From: Solibacteraceae bacterium
Lineage (GTDB): Bacteria; Acidobacteriota; Terriglobia; Bryobacterales; Bryobacteraceae
Direction: 5' to 3'
DNA length: 24,000 nt
Assembly (NCBI GenBank): GCA_021324015.1
Contig: JAJPJX010000117.1
Span: forward strand, 5,058-29,057
Shown here: positions 8,818-17,421 of the stretch, piece by piece
Layout of the letters: every line of letters begins with the position of its first letter
How positions within the stretch are numbered: position 1 is the first letter of the stretch
Translations under genes and position numbers: made by a program
Notes under the pieces: model-generated
Database searches by the model: none
What the model saw: only the letters and a program-made list of their open reading frames with translations
What the model was told of the DNA's origin: nothing

Positions 8818-9915
8818 TCAGTGTTTCGGATATCCCTGCCAGAGATACTCGAGGGCTTCGGGCAGGGTCTGTTGTTTCACGGTGCGGTCGGTGTGCCCGG
8901 CATTGGTGGCAAAGACGAATTGATAGGGATAGCCCTTGGCCGCGAGCACGCGGGCCATGTTCTCGTTCGCCAGGACCCAATCGTGGAAATTGTCGCGGGT
9001 GATGAGGTTGTCGCGGTCGCCGACCTCCATCCAGATGCGGATGAGCTTTCTGGGGCTGTTGGGGATGAGATGCTCGCGGAACTCCCAGGCGCCGTGAGGG
9101 GTCTCGGGGTTCCAGGGCCACTGCTTGTTGACGAACGTGCCGGAATAGGAGAGCACGCGGTGGTAGAGGTCCGGGTGGTACCAGGCCATAGCGAGGGCGC
9201 AGGAACCGCCGGAACTGCCGCCCATGGTGGCGCGGCCCTCGGGATCTTTGGTGAGCTTTACGTGGTATTGCTGCTCGACGAGCGGCAGGACTTCCTTTTC
9301 AACGAACTCCGCGTACAGGCCGGACATGGTGTCGTATTCCAGGCCGCGCTGGCTGCCCTGGGCATCGCCGCTGCCGTTGCCGATGGAGATGGCGATCATG
9401 ACCGGCACGCGGCGCTCGGCGATCAGATTGTCGAGGGCGGTGAACAGGAGCGGGTCAGGACCGTCCGCGCCGACGATGAACGGCGCGGGCGAGCCGGGGA
9501 CGTATTGCTTCGGGACGTACACGGCCACGCGGCGGGTGTAGGGAGCGGGGTGGGACTTGACGATCACCTTGGTGGGGTCCGCGGGGTCCGCCACGGGATA
9601 GGTGTTGGGCTCGCGGGCGATGCCGGGGTAGATCTTGCTGGCGGAGGATTCCATGGTGAAGTTATAGACGGTTCCGTGCGGCACCTCCGGGCGAACGGTC
9701 ATCTCCGGCGCGGGGTTGTGGGTGGGGCCGAGGATGAAGTTTCCGCCGGCATTGACCGGGGCATTGGCGCCATCCGGGAGCTCCCGCGCCTTCACGTAGC
9801 CGGGCGTGTGCGGATCGCGGGTGGGGTGTTCCACGCGCGTGCGTTGCAGGAAGGCCGAGGGCGGTTGGGCCATCGCCGAGCTGAGGATGAAGGTGAAGGT
9901 CAGAACAGGGAACAT
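8818..9915 (-). CDS. Secreted alpha/beta-hydrolase of the putative-esterase family (esterase D / enterochelin-esterase-like)
   Basis: 365 aa. N-terminal signal peptide (MFPVLTFTFILSSAMAQP). Nucleophile elbow GxSxG in ATMGGSSGGSCALAMAWYHPDLY. A C-terminal His context (NAGHTD) typical of this family. Confidence 0.8.
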   Translation of the reverse strand: MFPVLTFTFILSSAMAQPPSAFLQRTRVEHPTRDPHTPGYVKARELPDGANAPVNAGGNFILGPTHNPAPEMTVRPEVPHGTVYNFTMESSASKIYPGIAREPNTYPVADPADPTKVIVKSHPAPYTRRVAVYVPKQYVPGSPAPFIVGADGPDPLLFTALDNLIAERRVPVMIAISIGNGSGDAQGSQRGLEYDTMSGLYAEFVEKEVLPLVEQQYHVKLTKDPEGRATMGGSSGGSCALAMAWYHPDLYHRVLSYSGTFVNKQWPWNPETPHGAWEFREHLIPNSPRKLIRIWMEVGDRDNLITRDNFHDWVLANENMARVLAAKGYPYQFVFATNAGHTDRTVKQQTLPEALEYLWQGYPKH

Positions 9916-9957
9916 ATGGGGATCTTACATCAGCCGGCCCCGCGGGCACGATGTACA

Positions 9958-12900
9958 ATGGTCACGACGTTTGTGAGGGGGACCAGTTTCCCAGTGGGCG
10001 GGAGAGCCCTTTTGGTTTTGCTAGGCTGCGCGGGCGCGCTGGCGGGCAGTCCCTCGCTGGACCGGCAATTCGACCAGAGCGTGCGGCCGTTTGTCACTAA
10101 GTATTGCGCCGGATGCCATAGTGGCAAGGCGGCCGCGGCGCAGTTTGACCTGAAGGCATTTACTTCCGTCGAGATGGTGAGGCGGGAGTTTCCGCACTGG
10201 ATGCTGGTGAGGGAGCGGCTGAAGGCCAAGGAAATGCCTCCGAAGCCCATGCCGGCGCCATCGGCAGCCGCGGTACAGCAGGTGATTGACTGGATCGGGG
10301 CACTGCGCGCGGACGAGATCCGCAGATCGGCGGGCGATCCGGGGCTGGTGCCGGCGCGCCGGTTGAGCAGCGCGGAGTACGACTACACGATCCGGGATCT
10401 GACGGGCCAGGACCTGCGGGTGACGCGGGAGTTTCCGGTGGATCCGGCGAACCCGGAGGGCTTCGACAATTCGGGCGAGTCGCTGACGATGTCGCCGGCG
10501 CTGCTGAACAAGTTCCTGCGCGCGGCGCGCGAGGTGGCGGACCACGCGGTACTGCTGCCGGACTCGATCGGCTTCGCGCCCTATCCCATGCTGGTGGAGA
10601 CGGACCGCGAGAAGTACGCGATCCAGCGGATTATCGCGTTCTATCGGCGGCAACCCACCGACTACGCGGAGTATTTTCATGCGGCCTGGGTGTACCGGCA
10701 TCGCGCGGCGCTGGGAAAGCGGGATGCAACCCTGGCCTCGGTGGCGGCGGAAGAGAAGGTGAGCACCAAGTACCTGCCGCTGGTCTGGCAGATTCTGCAC
10801 GATCGGGACGCGGCGGGTCCGGTTTGGAAGCTGCAACAGATGTGGCAGGCGCTGCCGCCGCCTGGGGCGGGCGATGCGGATGCAGTGAAAACCCAGTGCG
10901 CGGCCATGCGGGACTTCGTGAAGAGGATCCGCGCGCACACGGCGATGCAGTTCGCGGCGCCGGTGGTGAAGGGCCTGCCTCCCGCCTCCCAGCCCCTGCT
11001 GAACTGGAAGCTGCGGGAGTTTGCGTCGCACCGCCGCGAGAGCGATCCGAACGACCTGCGCAACGATACGGATCCGCCGCCGGTGCTGCCGGAGATTCCG
11101 CCCTATGCCAAGCTGCACCAGGAGGCAGCGCCGCGCTGGGCGGCGATTTCGGCCAGAGCCCGCGCGGGGGATACGGACCTGATCGTTCCCGCCGCTGAGC
11201 GGAGCCGCTATGAAGCGGCCTTCGCGCGCTTCGCCTTTGTTTTCCCGGACACCTTTTATGTGACGGAGCGCGGCCGCTATTTCCCGGACGACTCGGATGA
11301 CAAAGGGCGGCTGTTGAGCGCAGGCTATCACAGCGTGCTGGGCTTCTTCCGCGACGATGTGCCGCTCATGGAACTGATTCTGGACGAGCGGGACCAGAGG
11401 GAGCTGGACCGGCTGTGGAACGAATTCGACTTCATCGCCCATTTCACGGCGCGCACGTGGATCCAGTATTTCTTCAACCAGAGCGGCGAGGTGCAGGGAA
11501 AGGGCGCCGAGAGCGCCACGGCGCGCCCGGTGGGTCACGAGGTCACGGACGAAGCGGTGATCCTGGCGATGCGGGACGCTTATCTGGCCAAGGCGATGGC
11601 CGACCCGCGGAACGATCCGGTGGCTCCGCGGGCGATCCGCGAACACTTCGAGGGCGTGAACGCCACGCTGCGGGCCTTGGAGAGGGAGCACAAGGAGGCG
11701 GAGCCGAAGCACTTGCAGGCGCTCGTCCGGTTCGCCGCGCGGGCGTACCGCCGGCCGCTGAGCGAGGCGGAGCGCGACGATCTGCTGGGGTACTACCGGA
11801 CGCTGCGCACGAAGAACGAGCTCACGCACGAAGACGCCATCCGCGAGTCGATTGTGAGCGTGCTGATGTCGCCCGATTTTCTCTACCGGATCGACCTGCT
11901 GGAGAGCGGCGCGGCGCCGGCGAACCGGCTGGTGCGGCGCGCGGCTCTGACCGGCCCCGGGACGCCGGCGCGCCAACCGCTATCCGCCTACGCCCTGGCG
12001 AGCCGGCTGAGCTATTTCCTGTGGTCGAGCATGCCGGACGAGGAGCTGCTGCGGCACGCGGCGGCGGGCGATTTGCAGCGGCGGGACGTGCTGCTGGCGC
12101 AGGCGCGGCGCATGTTGAAGGACGGCCGGGTGCGCGGATTCGCCACGGAGTTCGCGGGCAACTGGCTGGGCTTCCGGCATTTCGAAACGAACAACTCGGT
12201 GGATCGCGAGCGCTTTCCCGCGTTCAACAACGACTTGCGCGAGGCGATGTTCGAGGAGCCCATCCGGTACATCGAAGACGCCGTGCGGCACGACCGCTCC
12301 ATCCTGGACCTGCTGTTCGGCGACTACACCTTTGTGAATCCGGCGCTGGCGAAGCACTATGGCATCCCGGGGGTGACCGGGGATACGGACCATTGGGTGC
12401 GCGTGGACGATGCCGGCCGGTACGGGCGCGGCGGGCTGCTGCCGATGGCCGTGTTTCTGACCGAGAACTCGCCCGGGTTGCGGACCAGCCCGGTGAAGCG
12501 CGGGCATTGGGTGGTGCAGCGGGTGCTGGGAGAGGTCATCCCGCCGCCGCCCCCGGTGGTTCCCGAATTGCCGAACGACGAGGCGAAATCGGATCTGCCG
12601 GTGCGTGATATGCTGGCCAGGCATCGAGAGAATCCCGTGTGCGCCGCCTGTCACGCGCGCTTCGATTCGTTCGGCCTGGCATTCGAGGGTTACGGACCGG
12701 TGGGGGACGCCCGCACCAGGGACCTGGCGGGGCGGGTGGTTGAGACCGGCGTGAGTTATCCGGGCGGCTTCCAGGGCGACGGGTTGGAGGGGCTGCGAAG
12801 CTATATCCGCGCCCACCGGCAACAGGATTTTGTGGATACGCTGAGCCGCAAACTGCTGGCGTATGCGCTCAACCGCTCGTTGCAGCTTTCCGATGAAGCG

Positions 12901-13056
12901 CTCATCGAGGAGATGACGGCGCGGCTGGCGGAGGACCAATACCGATTCAGCTCCCTGGTCGAGACCATCGTGGCGAGTCCGCAGTTCCGGAACCGGCGAG
13001 TGGCGGATGCGCGCGAAACGGCCAGGGCCGGACCCCCATTCAGAGAGGCGAAATAG
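9958..13056 (+). CDS. DUF1592/DUF1595/DUF1587/DUF1588/DUF1585-family protein (planctomycete-type cytochrome-c-domain protein) with two CxxCH motifs
   Basis: Only the 3' two-thirds of the 1433-aa track ORF is real. The ATG at 9958 precedes a signal-like segment (RALLVLLGCAGALAGS). Then come FVTKYCAGCHSG (CAGCH at 10105-10119), RRLSSAEYDYTIRDLTG, FPVDPANPEGFDNSGESL, DFLYRID, LASRLSYFLWSSMPDEEL, FATEFAGNWLGF and HRENPVCAACHARFDSFG (CAACH at 12640-12654). The start codon choice is less certain than the gene call. Confidence 0.88.
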   Translation: MVTTFVRGTSFPVGGRALLVLLGCAGALAGSPSLDRQFDQSVRPFVTKYCAGCHSGKAAAAQFDLKAFTSVEMVRREFPHWMLVRERLKAKEMPPKPMPAPSAAAVQQVIDWIGALRADEIRRSAGDPGLVPARRLSSAEYDYTIRDLTGQDLRVTREFPVDPANPEGFDNSGESLTMSPALLNKFLRAAREVADHAVLLPDSIGFAPYPMLVETDREKYAIQRIIAFYRRQPTDYAEYFHAAWVYRHRAALGKRDATLASVAAEEKVSTKYLPLVWQILHDRDAAGPVWKLQQMWQALPPPGAGDADAVKTQCAAMRDFVKRIRAHTAMQFAAPVVKGLPPASQPLLNWKLREFASHRRESDPNDLRNDTDPPPVLPEIPPYAKLHQEAAPRWAAISARARAGDTDLIVPAAERSRYEAAFARFAFVFPDTFYVTERGRYFPDDSDDKGRLLSAGYHSVLGFFRDDVPLMELILDERDQRELDRLWNEFDFIAHFTARTWIQYFFNQSGEVQGKGAESATARPVGHEVTDEAVILAMRDAYLAKAMADPRNDPVAPRAIREHFEGVNATLRALEREHKEAEPKHLQALVRFAARAYRRPLSEAERDDLLGYYRTLRTKNELTHEDAIRESIVSVLMSPDFLYRIDLLESGAAPANRLVRRAALTGPGTPARQPLSAYALASRLSYFLWSSMPDEELLRHAAAGDLQRRDVLLAQARRMLKDGRVRGFATEFAGNWLGFRHFETNNSVDRERFPAFNNDLREAMFEEPIRYIEDAVRHDRSILDLLFGDYTFVNPALAKHYGIPGVTGDTDHWVRVDDAGRYGRGGLLPMAVFLTENSPGLRTSPVKRGHWVVQRVLGEVIPPPPPVVPELPNDEAKSDLPVRDMLARHRENPVCAACHARFDSFGLAFEGYGPVGDARTRDLAGRVVETGVSYPGGFQGDGLEGLRSYIRAHRQQDFVDTLSRKLLAYALNRSLQLSDEALIEEMTARLAEDQYRFSSLVETIVASPQFRNRRVADARETARAGPPFREAK

Positions 13057-13058
13057 AG

Positions 13059-14390
13059 ATGTCCCGCTCGAGAACGAATTCCGCTCCCCGCATGACCCGG
13101 CGGACGGTGCTGCGCGGCGCCGGGTGCGCCATGACATTGCCGTGGCTGGAGTCACTGGACGCGTTTGCGGACACGCCGCCGGCGTCCGCTTTTCCGAAGC
13201 GCTTCGGCGTGGTGTTTATGGGGAATGGCATCAACGAGGATCATTGGAGCGGCGAGGGGCAGGGCGCGGCCATGCAGCTCAGCAAAACGTTGTCGCCGCT
13301 CGATGCGCTGAAGCAGAAGATCAACGTGATCGACGGGCTGTACGTGCAGGCGCTCACCGGCCAGGGGATCCACCCGGGGCAGACGGGGAGCCTGCTCTCG
13401 GGCGCGCACATTTCCAAGGGCGCCGTGATCCACTCCGGGATCAGCGTCGACCAGATGATCGCCAAGCGGGTGGGCGAAGACACGCCGCAATCCAGCATCG
13501 TGCTGGCGTGCGACCAGCCCATGACCGGGTATCACGAGACGAACTTTTCGATGGCGTACAGCTCGCACATCTCGTGGCAGAGCCCGGATTCGCCCGTGCC
13601 GCTCGAGGTATATCCTTCGCTGGCCTGGGACAACCTGTTCGACAACCGGGGGAGCCTGCTGAACCTGAGCATCCTGGACCGCGTGAAGGACCGGGCCCAG
13701 GCTCTCACGACCAAGCTCAGCTCGTCCGACACGAGTAAGTTGGATGAATACCTGACCAGCGTGCGCGAGGTGGAGAAGCGCGTGGAAGGCATGCGCAAGG
13801 GCAAGACGGAGGCGGAGGACGCGGCGAAAGCGAAAAACACCGTGACCGCCGCCATGGACCGGCCGGCCAACGGGCTGCCGGAAGACCTGAGGGAACACGC
13901 GCGGCTGATGTGCGACATTATCGCCATCGCGTTCCAGACCGACAAGACGCGGGTGGCGTCGCTGATCATCTCGCGCGATCTTTCAGCGATGTACTACCCG
14001 TTCCTGGGGGTGCAGGAGGGGCATCACGCCGCGTCGCACAACAACAATTCCGACGGGTACGAGCGCATCGCGCGGTTCCACGTGAGCCAGTTCGCGTATC
14101 TGGCTTCGAAGCTCGACAGCATGCAGGAAGGGGACGGCTCGGTTCTGGACCACAGTTGCCTGATGTTCCTTTCGAATATGTGGATCGGCCGGAAGCACGA
14201 TAACTTCCGGCTACCGCTGGTGCTGGCCGGCGGGCTGGGCGGGACGCTCGAGACCGGGCGCACGCTGAACTATCTGAAGGAGAGCGAGGAGAAGCGCAAG
14301 ATGTGCAACCTGTATCTCTCGCTGATGGACCGGTTCGGGGCGAAGCTGGAGCGGTTCGGGGACGCGGAGGGGCGGCTGGAAGGGCTGTAG
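13059..14390 (+). CDS. DUF1552-domain protein with a twin-arginine (Tat) signal
   Basis: 443 aa, starting 2 nt after the upstream stop. Tat-like N-terminus MTRRTVLRGAGCAMTLPWLESL. It is the canonical partner of DUF1592-family genes. Conserved stretches include FPKRFGVVFMGNG, SVDQ, LDEYLTSVREVEKR and CLMFLSNM. Confidence 0.9.
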   Translation: MSRSRTNSAPRMTRRTVLRGAGCAMTLPWLESLDAFADTPPASAFPKRFGVVFMGNGINEDHWSGEGQGAAMQLSKTLSPLDALKQKINVIDGLYVQALTGQGIHPGQTGSLLSGAHISKGAVIHSGISVDQMIAKRVGEDTPQSSIVLACDQPMTGYHETNFSMAYSSHISWQSPDSPVPLEVYPSLAWDNLFDNRGSLLNLSILDRVKDRAQALTTKLSSSDTSKLDEYLTSVREVEKRVEGMRKGKTEAEDAAKAKNTVTAAMDRPANGLPEDLREHARLMCDIIAIAFQTDKTRVASLIISRDLSAMYYPFLGVQEGHHAASHNNNSDGYERIARFHVSQFAYLASKLDSMQEGDGSVLDHSCLMFLSNMWIGRKHDNFRLPLVLAGGLGGTLETGRTLNYLKESEEKRKMCNLYLSLMDRFGAKLERFGDAEGRLEGL

Positions 14391-14433
14391 GGGGGCGGTG
14401 CGGCGCGGGGAGATAATATTAGCGGAGTGTCCC

Positions 14434-14535
14434 ATGCTGGACTGGACGAGCTGCCCCGCCGTCGAAAGGCACCCTGACCGAGTAAGCGGTCGCAAGGGCG
14501 CACTATGCGCCCGACGCGGCCCTGCGGGGCTATGA
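14434..14535 (+). pseudogene. Truncated DUF433-family gene stub (N-terminal about 19 codons recognisable)
   Basis: The ATG at 14434 gives MLDWTSCPAVERHPDRVSG, which resembles the N-terminus of one DUF433 subfamily. This is followed by unrelated RKGALCARRGPAGL and a stop. The conserved GTRxPV core is absent. Confidence 0.4.
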
Positions 14536-14569
14536 AAGTGCGGCAGTCGCTCTGCGGTTTTGTCGAGCG

Positions 14570-15281
14570 TTAATTGAGGCGATACAGCCGCCTGCTATCC
14601 GTGATATAGCGGTTCAGAAACCAGATCTCCTGAAACCTTGTCTTCAACTCAGGTGCAGCATTCAGCAGTGCCCGGGCTAGTTCTGTGAGTTCGTTGGCGT
14701 TCATTCCAATCCCAGAAGCGTCCACAACTCCTGACTTTGGTAGCGTGTGTAGGACTAGCACGTCTGCCGAATATGCCGGTCCTTTTGCAGTTTTAGTGCC
14801 TAGAGCCCGCCAGACCGCGGCCGGAATCTCACCGTGGCTGTACCAGACCACGGGGTTCGCAATCACGGGGTCGTCAGCCCGCGAACCACCCGGCACGATC
14901 TCCTGCTCTCTCATGTGATGAAACAAAATGGCGCCGAAGTACCTCGACAGAATAGGGTAACAGAGCGTTCCATCGGCCTTTCGAAGCTGACCAAGGAGTG
15001 CGCCTCCATCCTTATTTCCCCATACTGTGCTAAGATCCTCGAATCGCTCGTTAAGGAGGTCTCGAAAGTCGTTGACGAGCTGATGTCCTTCACTACTCCT
15101 TATGTCAGGGAGCTGCATGGGGCGGTTCTGCTCGACATACTGATGATGAGGCTGGAGCGTGATTTTCACTCTTCCATAGCGTGGCCGTTGGCTCTGCAAA
15201 GCAGTCAAGAATTTTCGTCTATAAACATCGAAGTAGCTAACTTCCTGATTAACAAACGGCAAGACGACTGAGACGAATTCA
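14570..15281 (-). pseudogene. 3' fragment (codons 51-287, the two copies sharing the duplicated ATTCA) of a 287-codon hypothetical gene split by the IS1380-family element
   Basis: The track ORF 14570-15463 is genuine only up to 15281. Its first 61 codons read out of the IS left end. Visibly lower GC than the flanks. In frame with the 5' fragment at 17088-17244 once the IS and one TSD copy are removed. Confidence 0.75.
15277..15281. repeat. Target-site duplication, left copy (ATTCA)
   Basis: ATTCA immediately abuts the IS left terminus. An identical pentamer abuts the right terminus at 17088-17092. Confidence 0.75.
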
Positions 15282-15296
15282 CCTGCGTTATGCACA
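15282..15296 (+). repeat. IS1380-family element left terminal inverted repeat
   Basis: CCTGCGTTATGCACA. Matches the reverse complement of 17073-17087 at 12/15 positions, including a 9-bp perfect core TTATGCACA. Confidence 0.7.
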
Positions 15297-15419
15297 GCGT
15301 CTGACGCGGCGCTGCCCGGCTGAGGCGTGAGGCCATTTGGGACCTCTGAGAATCCTGCGTTAAAACAGTAGGTCCGCGGAGTTCGCAGCTTCGCGAGCCG
15401 ATTCTCAGAAGCCACCCAA

Positions 15420-16874
15420 ATGGTTAACGAACAACAACAGGATAGCGGCCGAAGGCCCGCCAATCAAGGGGTTCGGGGTGTTATTCCGGAACCCAATAAA
15501 ATCAATGCTTCCACGCCCTATGACTTCTCCGGTAAGAATCTGACCCCCTACGGCGGGCTACTGCCGGTCATTACCATGCTGGAGAAACTCGGATTCCAGT
15601 CCCTGGTGGAACAGACCGTGACCTCGAAGCGGAGTCCCCGTGCCATGGACCTGTACCGGTTCGTGCTGGGAATCGTCCTCGGCCTCTACATCGGCTTTCC
15701 GCGGCTGAATCAATTACGCTTCATCGCCCGCGACCCGATCCTGACGGGCATTCTCAAAGTCGCCAAGCTGCCAGTGCAATCCACCTTCTGGAGATTCGTG
15801 AATGCCCTGCATCGTAATGTCGCCCGGCAGATGCTGACGATCATGCGAACCATGCGTGAACGCGTCTGGGAAGCGGCCAACGTGAAACTGGAGGTCGTCA
15901 CCATCGACACCGACACCACCGTGCACACGCTCTACGGGCAGCAGATGGGCGGACGCAAAAGCTACAACCCGAAGAACAAGGGCAAGAAGAGCTATCAGCC
16001 CATGCTGACGTTTATCGCCGAGACGCGAGAATACGTCTGGGGCGAGTTGCGCAACGGCGACCGCCCCACCGGCAAACAGATCGGCGATCACCTGCGGAAT
16101 GTCGGCGCGGCGGTGCCGCCGGGAGTGAAGCAGATCTATGGCCGGGCGGATTCGGGGTTCTACTGCCGGGAAGCCGTCGAAGGATATGAACAACTCAATG
16201 CCCGCTTCGTGGTCTGTGCGCGCAAAACGGCCCGCTTGGTCGAGCAACTGCGTCAAGCCGAGTGGAGGCCCTCGCCCAAAACGGATGCCGGCTGGGAGTG
16301 CGAATTCCGCTACCAGCCGGACGGATGGAGCAAGCCCTACCGGTTCGTGGCCCTGCGCTACGAGAAGACGCGCGAGGAACAGGAAGAGGAGGAAACTGAG
16401 CAGTACCAATTATTCGCCACCAGCCAGTACAAATACCGGGTGTTTGTCACCGACTTCGTCGAGCCCATCGATTTCGTGGTTTGGTTTTACGGACAGCGCG
16501 GCGGTGCCGAAAACCTGATCAAAGAGGCGAACAACGATGCCGGGCTGGCGGCACATCCGTCGGGCCGCTTTGACGTGAACAGCAATCACTTCCAGTTGGC
16601 CATGCTGGCGTACAACTTGAACTGCTGGCTGATGCTATTCAACCGCGAGCCGCAGGCAGACGCCACCGCACTCCGGCACACCACTCTGGCGACTTCGCGG
16701 CTGCGCTTCCTGTTCGTGGCGGCCAAGATCTGGCGCCACGCCGGCCGCACCGGAGTGAGCTACAGCGATCATTATGACGAGAAGGGCGTGTTCGAGCGAC
16801 TGATGGACCGGTTGCGCCGGATTGTGCCGCGCGGCCAAGGCTACGCACCGGCGATGCTGCCGGCTTTGCGCTGA
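15420..16874 (+). CDS. IS1380-family DDE transposase
   Basis: 484 aa with hallmark blocks: NLTPYGGLLPV, VTIDTDTTVHTLYGQQMGGRKSYNPKNKGKKSYQPML, YGRADSGFY, YRVFVTD, FYGQRGGAENLIKEANNDAGL, NHFQLAMLAYNLNCWL. No internal stops. Confidence 0.93.
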   Translation: MVNEQQQDSGRRPANQGVRGVIPEPNKINASTPYDFSGKNLTPYGGLLPVITMLEKLGFQSLVEQTVTSKRSPRAMDLYRFVLGIVLGLYIGFPRLNQLRFIARDPILTGILKVAKLPVQSTFWRFVNALHRNVARQMLTIMRTMRERVWEAANVKLEVVTIDTDTTVHTLYGQQMGGRKSYNPKNKGKKSYQPMLTFIAETREYVWGELRNGDRPTGKQIGDHLRNVGAAVPPGVKQIYGRADSGFYCREAVEGYEQLNARFVVCARKTARLVEQLRQAEWRPSPKTDAGWECEFRYQPDGWSKPYRFVALRYEKTREEQEEEETEQYQLFATSQYKYRVFVTDFVEPIDFVVWFYGQRGGAENLIKEANNDAGLAAHPSGRFDVNSNHFQLAMLAYNLNCWLMLFNREPQADATALRHTTLATSRLRFLFVAAKIWRHAGRTGVSYSDHYDEKGVFERLMDRLRRIVPRGQGYAPAMLPALR

Positions 16875-17072
16875 AAAGGCCCCCGCCGGACCTTTGAGCG
16901 CCGTGCATAGAACTTTATGCACTGGCGGCAAGCGCAACGGAGCAAGTAACTTCGGCGCGGGATCTGGCGGGAACGGATTTTCCGGAGGGCGATGAAGCAG
17001 CGAAACTCGACCTGACCTACTCAACCACGAATGACATCAACCGAATGAGGCCCACGCTCCGGACGCCGGTTG

Positions 17073-17087
17073 TGTGCATAATTCAAG
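17073..17087 (-). repeat. IS1380-family element right terminal inverted repeat
   Basis: TGTGCATAATTCAAG on the plus strand. See IRL. Confidence 0.7.
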
Positions 17088-17092
17088 ATTCA
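17088..17092. repeat. Target-site duplication, right copy (ATTCA)
   Basis: Identical to 15277-15281. Choosing this copy rather than the ATTCA at 17081-17085 is the only option that restores an open reading frame across the empty site. Confidence 0.75.
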
Positions 17093-17244
17093 ATACCGAC
17101 CTCGCGACCATCAGGTGCTTCGAGAATCACGTCAGGAAAAGGCTGACCCATGCGCTTGAACGCATACGACTGACCAGTTTCACGCTCGTACTCCGTGATG
17201 AATTCCCGGCTGGCGTACCTATTGAACTCGGTTTCGTCGCCCAT
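17088..17244 (-). pseudogene. 5' fragment (codons 1-52) of the IS-split 287-codon hypothetical gene
   Basis: A minus-strand ATG at 17244-17242 gives MGDETEFNRYASREFITEYERETGQSYAFKRMGQPFPDVILEAPDGREVGIE. As it stands, the frame runs 2 codons into the IS and stops (TGA at 17083-17085). It is below the 60-aa cutoff of the ORF track. An in-frame stop lies 3 codons upstream of the ATG. Confidence 0.7.
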
Positions 17245-17421
17245 TGCCCCATTTTAGTATGCTTCTTGGGACAAACGGTACTGCGAAGAGATGCCGACAG
17301 CTTGCGAGGTCGACATAACCGGTTGGTCACTATATTGCTTTTCTTGGATGGGAGCCAATGCAGACCGGTTTGGGGCGGTCAGGGATGTGTCCGTTTGAAC
17401 GCCTTGGAGTCAGCGGTTCCG

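Larger units (their letters stand above)
15282..17087 (+). mobile_element. IS1380-family insertion sequence, 1806 bp, apparently intact
   Basis: A single long transposase ORF is flanked by terminal inverted repeats. IRL is CCTGCGTTATGCACA (15282-15296). The reverse complement of IRR is CTTGAATTATGCACA (17073-17087). They match at 12/15 positions and are flanked by 5-bp direct repeats ATTCA. Size, CC-type end and 4-5 bp duplication fit my recollection of IS1380-family properties. Confidence 0.85.

Noticed and set aside
8755-9957. The first about 400 codons of the 1433-aa plus-strand ORF (8755-13056)
   Set aside because: This part lies antisense to the well-supported esterase gene. Its translation is Gly/Ala/Val/Asp/His-rich with no family resemblance. 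Recognisable DUF1592-family sequence and a signal peptide begin only at the ATG at 9958.
10021-13155. Minus-strand ORFs of 651 aa (10021-11976) and 391 aa (11980-13155)
   Set aside because: They are Arg-rich shadow ORFs antisense to the DUF1592-family gene.
15282-15463. The N-terminal 61 codons of the 297-aa ORF (14570-15463), including overlap with the transposase start
   Set aside because: These codons are read out of the IS left end. The true upstream part of the gene is at 17088-17244, on the other side of the IS.
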